Below are positions 51,120-59,723 of a DNA stretch of 64,000 nt, one piece after another (the first letter of the stretch is position 1; the number at the start of each line of letters is the position of its first letter). A program made the translations under genes and the position numbers. The DNA lies in contig JAZDPX010000038.1 of the NCBI GenBank assembly GCA_043797125.1, positions 4,071 to 68,070 on the forward strand, given 5' to 3'. The DNA comes from Candidatus Omnitrophota bacterium (GTDB lineage Bacteria > Omnitrophota > Gorgyraeia > JABMRG01 > JAFGKX01). The notes under the pieces were generated by a model, which was given only the letters and a program-made list of their open reading frames with translations, did not search any database and was not told the DNA's origin.

Positions 51120-53758
51120 TTTCTTAACTCCTCTAAAATTATTGCTTTGCCCTTATCGAGCACATTATCAATATCTGATATGCCCTTTATGCCGGCCTGG
51201 GCCATATCCGGCCTGCCGCCGCCTGAGCCGCCTGCAGCAGCCGCTATCCTGGATATTATCTTTCCCGAATGAAGCCCCCTGTTTATCATGTTAGGGCTGA
51301 TAGAAAGGATGAGGCTCGCCTGCTTTTGGCGTTCGCAGCCAAAAAATGCTATCCAGTCATCATCTTTTAGCTTCATTTTAACAACATCAACCGCGCTGCG
51401 CAAAAGCTCAGAATCCGCATCCTTGATTACTGAATAAATAAAAAATGCCTTGTTAACCTTTTCCGATTCATTGATTAATTTTTCCATTGACAGCCTTATT
51501 CTGTCCAATATGACCTGTTTTAATCTTTTCTGCAGATTATCAACATCTGCCTGAAGCCTGCTTATCCTTTCAGGGGCCTCGCCTTGCGTGCACCCCAATG
51601 CCGCGCAGATGTCCCTCAACGCGGCCTGCTGTTGATTTATTATTTCTATCGCCTGCCTGCCGGTAACAGCCTCTATTCTCCTTATGCCGCTAGCAACCGA
51701 ACCCTCTGATATTATCTTGAACATCTCTATTTCTTTTGTATTTCCTACATGCGTGCCGCCGCATAATTCCATGCTGTAATCACCCGCGCAAACAACCCTG
51801 ACCTGTTTTTCATACTTATCTTTAAAAAACGCCAAAGCGCCCTTCTGTTTTGCCTTATCTATGTCCATGGCATAGCAGTTGACTAAATCGGCATTGTGTA
51901 TTTTTTCATTTACCAGCTGTTCGACCCTGTCAAGCTCGTCCTGCGTCAATGCGTTAAAGTGGGTAAAATCAAACCTAAGTTTTTCCGCAGCTACCATTGA
52001 CCCTTGCTGCTGGACGTGCTCGCCCAAGACCTTTCGAAGCGCGCTTTGCAGAAGATGCGTTGCAGTGTGGTTTTTAACAATTTGCATGCGCCTTCCAGCA
52101 TCCACCTGCGCGTTCACCATATCATTCTTTTTAAGGCTCCCCTTTTCAACCAATACTTTAAGCAATATCGCATCTGAGTCCTTTTTTGCGTCTAAAACTT
52201 TCGCGATAAAATTCTCAGAGCTTAATACCCCCGTATCGCCTACCTGACCGCCGCTTTCGCCGTAAAATGGGGACTTATCCAAGACTACATCAGCGGTTTC
52301 CTTAAGGTTGATTTCGTCTATTTGTTTTGAATCCTTAAATATATTAAGCACCCTGGCATTTGCATTCAGTTTTTCATAGCCAATGAATTCCACTTTTTCT
52401 TTTACAAGCGGCTCCTTAAATATGGCGTCGTGTATCTGGCTTTTCTTGCGCGATTGCTCGCGCTGGCCTTCCATAAGCCTGTCAAATTCTTTTTTATCAA
52501 CCGTGAAACCACGCTCTGCTGAAGCAGCCTGCGTTACATCAAAAGGCAATCCATGCGTATCAAACAGCTTAAAAGCAAACTCCCCTGAAATCTGTTTCGC
52601 AGCTTCGGCTTTACGCCTATTGTATTCTTCTTCCAGTTCACGCATGCCTTCACGAAGCGTCACAATAAATCTTTCCTCTTCAGCTAACACAATCTGGCTG
52701 ACATTCTCACGCCTCTTTTTAAGCTCCGGATAAGCCAACTGCATTGTATTTGCGACAGATGGAACTATTTTGTATAAAAAAGGCTGCATAACGCCTTGCG
52801 CTCTCGCGTGCATGGCTGATTTTCTTATAAGGCTTCTTATCACGTACCCGTGTTTTTCATTTGAAGGAACAATGCCGTCGCATATGGCAAAACACACCGC
52901 TCTTATATGGTCTGCTATCGCATAAATATCTTTTTTGTGTTTATCGAAATTTATAGGCCTATCTACAGCTTTTGCTGTCTCATTCTTTATGGCCTCGATA
53001 ATAGGCGTAAAAAGGTCTGTATCAAAATTAGTGTTTACGCCCTGCACGACAGCGCATAAACGTTCAAGCCCCATGCCGGTATCTATGTTCTTTTTCGGCA
53101 AAGGCTCCAATATGCCGGCATCTCTTCTGTTAAACTGCGTAAAGACAAGGTTCCATACCTCGACAAACCTTCCGCAGTCGCAGCCAGGGCCGCAGTCATT
53201 TTTATCGCAGCCTTTTTCTTTTCCGTAATCGTAAAAAATCTCGGAGCATGGTCCGCAGGGGCCATTGGGCCCGTTTTTCTTTGCCTGCGAAGGCCAGAAG
53301 TTTTGCTTATCATCAAGCCTTGCTATTTTTTGCTCGGGGAGCTTCATATCATTCTTCCATATCAGGTACGCCTCTTCGTCATCCTCATATACGGAAACCC
53401 GGAGTTTGTCCTCAGGGATATTGATTTCTTGCCTTAAAAATTCCCAGGCCCATTGTATGGCCTCTTTTTTAAAATAATCCCCGAAGGAAAAATTGCCAAG
53501 CATCTCGAAAAAGGTGTGGTGATATGTTGTCACGCCAACATTTACCAGGTCATCGGTGCGCAGGCATTTCTGGCAGGAGCAAGCCCTTGTAAAACCTTTT
53601 ATATTTCCCAAAAACTGCTCCTTGAACTGGTTCATGCCGGCGCTTGTAAAAAGCACCGTAGGGTCACCCGCGGGAACAAGATTGTCGCTTGAAACCACCG
53701 TGTGCTTTTTGCCTTCAAAAAAGGCGAGAAATTTTTTTCTTATTTGATCATGCGTCAT
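51116..53758 (-). CDS. alaS: Alanine--tRNA ligase
   Basis: FTSAGMNQFK, HHTFFEMLGNFSFGDYFK, DTGMGLER, HTATH, ELCGGTH. Confidence 0.98.
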   Translation of the reverse strand: MTHDQIRKKFLAFFEGKKHTVVSSDNLVPAGDPTVLFTSAGMNQFKEQFLGNIKGFTRACSCQKCLRTDDLVNVGVTTYHHTFFEMLGNFSFGDYFKKEAIQWAWEFLRQEINIPEDKLRVSVYEDDEEAYLIWKNDMKLPEQKIARLDDKQNFWPSQAKKNGPNGPCGPCSEIFYDYGKEKGCDKNDCGPGCDCGRFVEVWNLVFTQFNRRDAGILEPLPKKNIDTGMGLERLCAVVQGVNTNFDTDLFTPIIEAIKNETAKAVDRPINFDKHKKDIYAIADHIRAVCFAICDGIVPSNEKHGYVIRSLIRKSAMHARAQGVMQPFLYKIVPSVANTMQLAYPELKKRRENVSQIVLAEEERFIVTLREGMRELEEEYNRRKAEAAKQISGEFAFKLFDTHGLPFDVTQAASAERGFTVDKKEFDRLMEGQREQSRKKSQIHDAIFKEPLVKEKVEFIGYEKLNANARVLNIFKDSKQIDEINLKETADVVLDKSPFYGESGGQVGDTGVLSSENFIAKVLDAKKDSDAILLKVLVEKGSLKKNDMVNAQVDAGRRMQIVKNHTATHLLQSALRKVLGEHVQQQGSMVAAEKLRFDFTHFNALTQDELDRVEQLVNEKIHNADLVNCYAMDIDKAKQKGALAFFKDKYEKQVRVVCAGDYSMELCGGTHVGNTKEIEMFKIISEGSVASGIRRIEAVTGRQAIEIINQQQAALRDICAALGCTQGEAPERISRLQADVDNLQKRLKQVILDRIRLSMEKLINESEKVNKAFFIYSVIKDADSELLRSAVDVVKMKLKDDDWIAFFGCERQKQASLILSISPNMINRGLHSGKIISRIAAAAGGSGGGRPDMAQAGIKGISDIDNVLDKGKAIILEELRK

Positions 53759-53836
53759 TTTTTATTCGGGTTTAATAACGGTGTAGCCCCTTATCAGAGG
53801 ATACGGGTGAATGCCCTACTTTACACTTGACACTTC

Positions 53837-54883
53837 TTAAGCTAACGCCGCCTCAGCAGCCGCCTGCCTGATCTTTTTCTCTATTTCAGTTAATATTTTC
53901 GGATTCTGCTTTAAATATTCGCGGGTGTTTTCCTTGCCCTGCCCCATTTTTTGTTCTAAGTATGAAAACCAGGCGCCGTCTTTTTGTATTACATTTAATT
54001 CAACGCCCGCGTCAATAGTGCTGCCTTCCCTTGAAATGCCTTCGTCATACATAATATCAAATTCAGCTGATCTAAACGGCGGTGCGACCTTATTCTTTAC
54101 GACCTTAACTTTAACATGGCTGCCTACTACCTTTTCTCCTTTTTTTAAATAATCTTTACGCCTGATATCCAGTCTTACGGAAGAGTAAAATTTAAGCGCG
54201 CGCCCGCCCGGTGTTGTTTCGGGGTTGCCGTACATCACGCCTATTTTCTCCCTTATCTGATTTATAAAAATAACGCATGTCTTGGACTTGTTTATTGAAG
54301 AGCTCAGTTTGCGCAATGCCTGGCTCATTAATCGCGCCTGAAGGCCCATGTGTGTGTCGCCTATTTCTCCGTCTATCTCTGCCTTAGGAACCAAAGCTGC
54401 TACCGAATCAACCACTATAACATCAACGGCATTGGAACGGACTAAAGTCTCTGTAATTGTCAAAGCCTGCTCTCCGCTATCAGGCTGCGAAATCAAAAGT
54501 TCATCCAAATTCACGCCAAGCATTTTCGCATAAGCAGGGTCAAAGGCATTTTCAGCGTCAATAAATGCGGCTGTGCCGCCTCTTTTCTGCGTCTGGTTGA
54601 TTATGCTTAATGTAAGCGTTGTCTTTCCGCTTGATTCTGGCCCGAATATCTCAAGAACGCGGCCTCGCGGAACACCGCCAATGCCTAATGCAATGTCTAA
54701 TGAAATCGCGCCTGTCGGTATTGCAGATACATCCGGCTTTACATCCTTGCTCAGGCGCATAATCGAGCCTTTACCAAACTGCTTCTCAATCTGGTCCAGC
54801 GCCAGGCTTAGGGCCTTTTGCTTGTCGCTTGTCTGTGCTTCCTTAACATCTTCATTGTCTTTCTTTTGCGATGCTCTTACCAT
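53837..54883 (-). CDS. recA: Recombinase RecA
   Basis: [34 protein letters not shown]; start at ATG 54883 with GGAGG SD. Confidence 0.98.
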   Translation of the reverse strand: MVRASQKKDNEDVKEAQTSDKQKALSLALDQIEKQFGKGSIMRLSKDVKPDVSAIPTGAISLDIALGIGGVPRGRVLEIFGPESSGKTTLTLSIINQTQKRGGTAAFIDAENAFDPAYAKMLGVNLDELLISQPDSGEQALTITETLVRSNAVDVIVVDSVAALVPKAEIDGEIGDTHMGLQARLMSQALRKLSSSINKSKTCVIFINQIREKIGVMYGNPETTPGGRALKFYSSVRLDIRRKDYLKKGEKVVGSHVKVKVVKNKVAPPFRSAEFDIMYDEGISREGSTIDAGVELNVIQKDGAWFSYLEQKMGQGKENTREYLKQNPKILTEIEKKIRQAAAEAALA

Positions 54884-54903
54884 TTGACACCTCCGATTTG
54901 TTG

Positions 54904-55000
54904 CACAGATGATCACAGATTAGAAGACACAGATGATCGCAGATTCTTTTCCGATGGTATCTGTGATCATCTTGTATCTTTTAATCTGTGCTAATCTGCG
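54904..55000. repeat. CACAGAT-type degenerate repeat with inverted half, in recA leader
   Basis: CACAGATGATCACAGATT..CACAGATGATCGCAGATT / ATCTGTGATCATCT..AATCTGTGCTAATCTGCG. Confidence 0.7.
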
Positions 55001-55052
55001 CAAAGAAAAAAACTGGTTTCTGGGACCCTATAGTATTAATTATAGTTTAACA

Positions 55053-55081
55053 ATTATACAATGGGACTATACTGATGTAAA
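55053..55081 (-). promoter_or_regulatory. Putative recA promoter
   Basis: TTTACA-17 bp-TATAAT. Confidence 0.55.
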
Positions 55082-55174
55082 GGGAATTTTACATAAAAAA
55101 TCACCTCCCTGCTTATACATGTCCTCACTATAATAGACGATCTTTTTAGGCGATTAATTTTAAAAAAATGCAAA

Positions 55175-55205
55175 AAAATGCCCCCTGAAACTTAGGGGGC
55201 ATTTT
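55175..55205. terminator. Rho-independent terminator
   Basis: AAAATGCCCCCT-loop-AGGGGGCATTTT. Confidence 0.7.
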
Positions 55206-55231
55206 ATGTCTATAAGCTTAAGGTAGCTCTA

Positions 55232-56053
55232 CTAGGGCCTGACTATTGCAGGATTTTTTAATCTGTTTATTTCCCTGAGCAGCTTCTCAATAGTTTGTTT
55301 TAGGCGCGCTATTTGATCTTGAAGATACTTATTAAGTTCAGAAGCCTTCTTATATTGTTCCGTTAGCGCTTTATATTTTTCAATTAGCGCCCTGTAATGT
55401 TCCGTTAGAGCTTTATATTTTTCCATTAGCGCCCTGTATAGCTCTTTGTAGTTTGTGCCGTCTGAGCCTGCTTCAATCGGCATTGCTTTTATATATCCGA
55501 CGGCCGTAGAAAAGGCCGGCCACCAAGCCGCGTTTCGCTCAACGCCTGGCGGAGGAATCGGTTTGCTTATGTAATCGGGGCCGGCACGCATGATGATATG
55601 CCTGAATTGGTCTTCGATAGGGAACGCTTTCACCTGCCCTAATTGAATGACAGCAATAGCCTTTTTTTCGTTCGGCTTGATTATGTCTTCTTGAACCGGA
55701 GTTACTATGACCGCCATCGCGGGGTCTTGTACCAAATAATCCATTCCGCTGTAATGCTTGTCCTTTTCCTTATCTTTGTAGTAACTTAAGCGATACGCGC
55801 CTACCTGCCAGCCATTTATTTCATTTTCTAAGCTCTCTAGCTCAATGGGTTCCTCGCCGATATTTTTTAGCGTTAGACAACCATCTATAAGTACTAGATT
55901 GTCACGAGTCCATTGGCCTTCATTCATATCAATCTCAAGCACAAGATTGTCAAGTACGGATTCACCTCCTTCTTCTTTCGCAATAGCAGAATGACTTGCC
56001 AAAACCATAGCCATAACTACAATTGCGCTTATTACTACAATATATCGTTTCAT
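55232..56053 (-). CDS. Exported hypothetical protein with C-terminal coiled coil
   Basis: Signal peptide MKRYIVV...SAIA, AGGAGG SD; 14-aa duplication in the coiled coil. Confidence 0.7.
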   Translation of the reverse strand: MKRYIVVISAIVVMAMVLASHSAIAKEEGGESVLDNLVLEIDMNEGQWTRDNLVLIDGCLTLKNIGEEPIELESLENEINGWQVGAYRLSYYKDKEKDKHYSGMDYLVQDPAMAVIVTPVQEDIIKPNEKKAIAVIQLGQVKAFPIEDQFRHIIMRAGPDYISKPIPPPGVERNAAWWPAFSTAVGYIKAMPIEAGSDGTNYKELYRALMEKYKALTEHYRALIEKYKALTEQYKKASELNKYLQDQIARLKQTIEKLLREINRLKNPAIVRP

Positions 56054-56318
56054 TTTACACCTCCTGTTACTGGTTAAAACCTCTCTCATTATAATCATTT
56101 ATAAAGTATTTAACTATAACCTAAAAAAAATCACCTCCTGTGTACTACTATATATAACACAATAGGTTAGAAAATATTCCTCTTTTTTGAATAATTCCAA
56201 AATGTTTTCCAAAAGCGATATTAATTGGATACATAAATAGCCCTTTCCATCTCTATATTAAGTTTACATTACCATGCTAACAAAGTCAAGGTTTTGGGCT
56301 GATTTTTCAAGATTTGCG

Positions 56319-56412
56319 GTAACAGTTCAGTCATTGTAAGTATATCGACTCGGACGTAGCTGAGCCTTAAGGCTCAGCTACGTCGGGAGGGCTTCCAAGA
56401 GCTGAACTATTA
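56319..56412. mobile_element. ~95-bp MITE/REP element (copy 4, inverted relative to copy 3)
   Basis: Reverse complement matches 36555-36649; central ACGTAGCTGAGCCTTAAGGCTCAGCTACGT. Confidence 0.75.
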
Positions 56413-56420
56413 AGATTTGC

Positions 56421-56602
56421 ATAAGTGAGGCTTTTGCAATGCGAGGTGCATCAGAAAATTTTTGCCATCGAAGAAGCAATAGGTCTTTTTAGGGTTTATG
56501 GCGAGGAGCGGCTAAGTTTGAATATTTGGGAAAGCGAGCGAGCCATAAACCCAAAAAGACGGCAAAAATTTTCAGCACCGAGCATGCAAAAGCCTCACTT
56601 AT
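56421..56602. mobile_element. Nested-hairpin MITE-like element
   Basis: ATAAGTGAGGCTTTTGCA...TGCAAAAGCCTCACTTAT; inner GAAAATTTTTGCC/GGCAAAAATTTTC and GGGTTTATGGC/GCCATAAACCC. Confidence 0.65.
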
Positions 56603-56615
56603 CATTTGATTCCTC

Positions 56616-56643
56616 TTGCTTTTGCCGCAGTTTTGCCTATAAT
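56616..56643 (+). promoter_or_regulatory. Putative cinA promoter
   Basis: TTGCTT-16 bp-TATAAT, AAGGAG SD downstream. Confidence 0.5.
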
Positions 56644-56662
56644 ATCACATTAAGGAGTCGCG

Positions 56663-57910
56663 ATGAGAGCTGAAATAATCGGCATTGGAACGGAAATACT
56701 ACTGGGCCATATTGTAAATACGAATTCTGCGTATCTTTCCAGGAAACTCGCTGAATTGGGCATTGATGTCTTTTACCATACCACTGTCGGCGATAATCCT
56801 CTTCGGCTATGCGCAACAATACAACAGGCCATGGGCCGCTCTGATATAGTTATTACGACAGGCGGATTAGGCCCGACTGTTGATGATGTAACATTAGAAG
56901 CCTTATCCAGAGCCCTTGATAAAAGGGTAATCTATATTCCTAAGATATACGAGCTTATTGAAGAACACTTTATTGCGAGGCACATTAAAACGCCAAAAAA
57001 CAATATAAGGCAGGCATATATTCCTGAAGGCGCTATCTGGCTGAAAAATGATTTTGGCACAGCGCCGGGCATTATCGCAAAATTCGGACCAAAAACCCTT
57101 ATTGCCCTGCCCGGGCCGCCCATGGAACTTATTCCTATGTTTGAACAAAGCGTTACACCTTATTTAAAAAGGCTAACCTATAAAAAATCCTGCGTAATTA
57201 AAACAAAAACTCTTAAAACAACCGGCTTGGCAGAAAGCCAGGTCCATCCCAAGATACAAAAATTCCTTCGCATGTCCGGCAATACTACGGTTGGAATTTA
57301 CGCGCATATCAGCCAGATAGACCTTAAGATTACAACAAAGGCCAAAACAGCTAAACAGGCCTCGAGTAATATATTAACCGTTGAACGACAAATAAGAAAA
57401 TGCCTTGGCAATTTAATTTTTGGCTCTGATAACGAAACTCTCGAGCAGGTTGTTGCGGACTTGCTGCTAAAAAGAAAAAAAACAATAGCAATAGCCGAAT
57501 CCTGTACAGGCGGGCTTTTATCAAGCCTGCTTTCTGATATACCGGGCTCATCACACTTTTTTATACATTCCATAATAGCTTATTCAAATAAATCCAAGAT
57601 TGACCTTTTGGGGGCCCCTGAACAAACTATAAAAAAATACGGCGCTGTAAGCCCCCAGACTGCCAAACTTATGGCTAAAAATATAAGGCTCTTGGCTAAT
57701 TCCGGTTTAGGAATATCTGTTACGGGAATTGCAGGGCCTGCAGGAGCAAGTAAAAATAAACCTGTTGGACTAGTTTATATTGCTCTTGCGGATAAGGATA
57801 AGGTTATTTGTAAAAAGTTTTATTTTACAGGCGAGCGCAAAATCATAAAGCGCTTCAGCGCGCAGGCGGCGCTTGATCTGCTGCGCAATTACCTACTGTC
57901 ATGCCCGTGA
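56663..57910 (+). CDS. cinA: Competence/damage-inducible protein CinA (MoCF + PncC NMN deamidase)
   Basis: IGTEILLG..VNTN, GGLGPT.DD.T, AESCTGG, TGIAGP. Confidence 0.95.
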   Translation: MRAEIIGIGTEILLGHIVNTNSAYLSRKLAELGIDVFYHTTVGDNPLRLCATIQQAMGRSDIVITTGGLGPTVDDVTLEALSRALDKRVIYIPKIYELIEEHFIARHIKTPKNNIRQAYIPEGAIWLKNDFGTAPGIIAKFGPKTLIALPGPPMELIPMFEQSVTPYLKRLTYKKSCVIKTKTLKTTGLAESQVHPKIQKFLRMSGNTTVGIYAHISQIDLKITTKAKTAKQASSNILTVERQIRKCLGNLIFGSDNETLEQVVADLLLKRKKTIAIAESCTGGLLSSLLSDIPGSSHFFIHSIIAYSNKSKIDLLGAPEQTIKKYGAVSPQTAKLMAKNIRLLANSGLGISVTGIAGPAGASKNKPVGLVYIALADKDKVICKKFYFTGERKIIKRFSAQAALDLLRNYLLSCP

Positions 57911-57948
57911 AAACGGGCATCTGGATTCCTGCTTTCGCGGGAATGACA
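57897..57948. repeat. REP-like doublet (GTCATTCCCGCGAAAGCGGGAATCCA family)
   Basis: TGTCATGCCCGTGAAAACGGGCATC-TGGATTCCTGCTTTCGCGGGAATGACA; contains cinA stop. Confidence 0.7.
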
Positions 57949-57976
57949 ATGCTAACATTTCTGCAATCTAATAACC

Positions 57977-58558
57977 ATGTCTGACGCTACCACCAGGGCA
58001 TTTATAGCGATCTCTCTTACCAGGCAATTACATGATGAGTTATCTATTCTGCAGGATAAATTAAAACAAAGCAACGCTGATGTAAAATGGTCCGAACCTG
58101 AAAATATTCACCTTACCTTAAAATTCCTGGGCAATATCACTGACGAGCAGATTAAAAATGTGGTTTTAAGCCTTAAGAAAATTTCTTCCGGCTTTAATGC
58201 CTTTTCTGTTCATCTGGCGCAAGTGGGCGCATTTCCTAAAACTTCATACCCGCGCGTTATATGGGTTGGCATGGATGAAGGCGCTGAAACTGTAAAGAGG
58301 CTTAATCAATCTATTGAAAACGAATTAGAGGCTTTGGGTTTGCGCAAAGAGACTAGAGAGTTCTCGTGCCATCTTACATTAGGAAGGGTGCGTTCCGTAA
58401 AAAATAAGCAGGGCTTAACTAATATAATTGAAAAGGAAAAAGATTTTACTTCCGCTTACAGGGTTTTGATTGAGGACATTATTCTTTTTAAATCTACGCT
58501 TACTAAAAAAGGGCCCATCTACGAGCCTATTTTTAAAGGCAGCCTTATTAAAACCTGA
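57977..58558 (+). CDS. thpR: RNA 2',3'-cyclic phosphodiesterase (2H family)
   Basis: RAFIAI, HLTLKFLG, HLTLGR, GPIYE. Confidence 0.93.
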   Translation: MSDATTRAFIAISLTRQLHDELSILQDKLKQSNADVKWSEPENIHLTLKFLGNITDEQIKNVVLSLKKISSGFNAFSVHLAQVGAFPKTSYPRVIWVGMDEGAETVKRLNQSIENELEALGLRKETREFSCHLTLGRVRSVKNKQGLTNIIEKEKDFTSAYRVLIEDIILFKSTLTKKGPIYEPIFKGSLIKT

Positions 58559-58977
58559 AGTATAACATTCGTATATACAGCGCAGATAATATCATCGAGC
58601 ATAATCCCTGATGCGCCGTTAAGCTTCTCAGCCTGTTTAGCCGGCGGCGGTTTTATTATATCCAGCAGCCTGTATATAAAAAATCCGGTCAAGATAACCC
58701 ATAATCTAGCGGGCAACCCTAAATAAACCAGGCACATGCCGGCTATTTCGTCAATAACTATCTTGCGCGGGTCTTTTATGCCGTAAAGCTTTTCTGCAAT
58801 GCCGGCAGTTAAAAACCCCAGAAATACCAAGAGCAGGCATGCAATCACGTAAAGTAGAAAAAACTCATGCATCTGCAAAAATATCAAGACACCCAAAATA
58901 CTGCCTGTTGTCCCGGGTGCAATAGGTGAATATCCAAGATACAAACCGCTTGCGACTAATTTTATAACGGTTTTCAT
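58519..58977 (-). CDS. pgpA: Phosphatidylglycerophosphatase A
   Basis: PIAPGTTGS, KDPRKIVIDEIAG, DIIKP, GIMLDD; start at ATG 58977. Confidence 0.92.
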   Translation of the reverse strand: MKTVIKLVASGLYLGYSPIAPGTTGSILGVLIFLQMHEFFLLYVIACLLLVFLGFLTAGIAEKLYGIKDPRKIVIDEIAGMCLVYLGLPARLWVILTGFFIYRLLDIIKPPPAKQAEKLNGASGIMLDDIICAVYTNVILQVLIRLPLKIGS

Positions 58978-59050
58978 CCCGCACCTTTTTTTATTCATCC
59001 TGCACCCTTTTAGACATCTCCATTGAATGTTTAAAAGGTGCGGGATTCAT
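58975..59050. repeat. Inverted-repeat junction element ATCCCGCACCTTT...AAAGGTGCGGGAT (copy 1)
   Basis: Spans pgsA stop to pgpA start; extra internal degenerate arm. Confidence 0.7.
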
Positions 59051-59628
59051 TTTAGCGATTTCAGGTTATCCTTAAGAAAAAATATCCCCGATGTCAATGT
59101 TAATAACACAGTTACAAGCATCATTATATATATGGCCTCGTGCATAAAATAATCTATTCCCGCATTCCACCAGTTAAAGCTAAAGATGTGTTCGCCTAGC
59201 TGCGTAATCGTAAGGTAAATTAAAACAACAAATATAGATGTCATCTGCGAAACTGTTTTGTGCTTGCCGGCTTTTGCAGCGGGTATCACCTTCTTTTTGC
59301 TTAGCAATGTAATTCTCATCCCCGTAATAACCAACTCTCTTAAAATTATTATTACAACCATCCACGCGGGGACTATCCCAAGCTGAACAAAGCTTAAAAA
59401 AGCAGACAATATCAGCACCTTATCCGCAACAGGGTCCATCAATTTGCCAAAATCCGTAACAACTTTAAGCTCTCTTGCCAATTTACCGTCGTAATAATCT
59501 GTTAATGACGCTAGAAAAAATGCAAAAAGCGCGCACAGGTTCGCATAAGGCCATTTTAAAAACAAGAAAAACATAAAAATAAAGCTTAAGCCTATGCGCG
59601 ATAATGTCAGTTTATTAGGTAAATTCAT
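59047..59628 (-). CDS. pgsA: CDP-diacylglycerol--glycerol-3-phosphate 3-phosphatidyltransferase
   Basis: MNLPNKLTLSR, TDYYDGKLAR...FGKLMDPVADK, REL.ITG.R. Confidence 0.93.
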   Translation of the reverse strand: MNLPNKLTLSRIGLSFIFMFFLFLKWPYANLCALFAFFLASLTDYYDGKLARELKVVTDFGKLMDPVADKVLILSAFLSFVQLGIVPAWMVVIIILRELVITGMRITLLSKKKVIPAAKAGKHKTVSQMTSIFVVLIYLTITQLGEHIFSFNWWNAGIDYFMHEAIYIMMLVTVLLTLTSGIFFLKDNLKSLK

Positions 59629-59723
59629 CCCGCACCTTTTTCTATTCTATCTTTTATATCCATAAAATTATTGTTATTCATTTTGGTTTTTGATTTTGAA
59701 TGCTAGAAAGGTGCGGGATTCAT
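59626..59723. repeat. Inverted-repeat junction element (copy 2)
   Basis: CATCCCGCACCTTT...AAAGGTGCGGGATTCAT between rimO stop and pgsA start. Confidence 0.7.

Noticed and set aside
53760-53836. Possible T-box or riboswitch upstream of alaS
   Set aside because: Too short for a T-box and no recognisable consensus; only a weak hairpin.
54933-55133. 66-aa plus-strand ORF
   Set aside because: It runs through the repeat tract and the recA promoter; likely spurious.
56425-56819. 82-aa and 60-aa ORFs
   Set aside because: They lie in a hairpin element or antisense to cinA and have no recognisable features.
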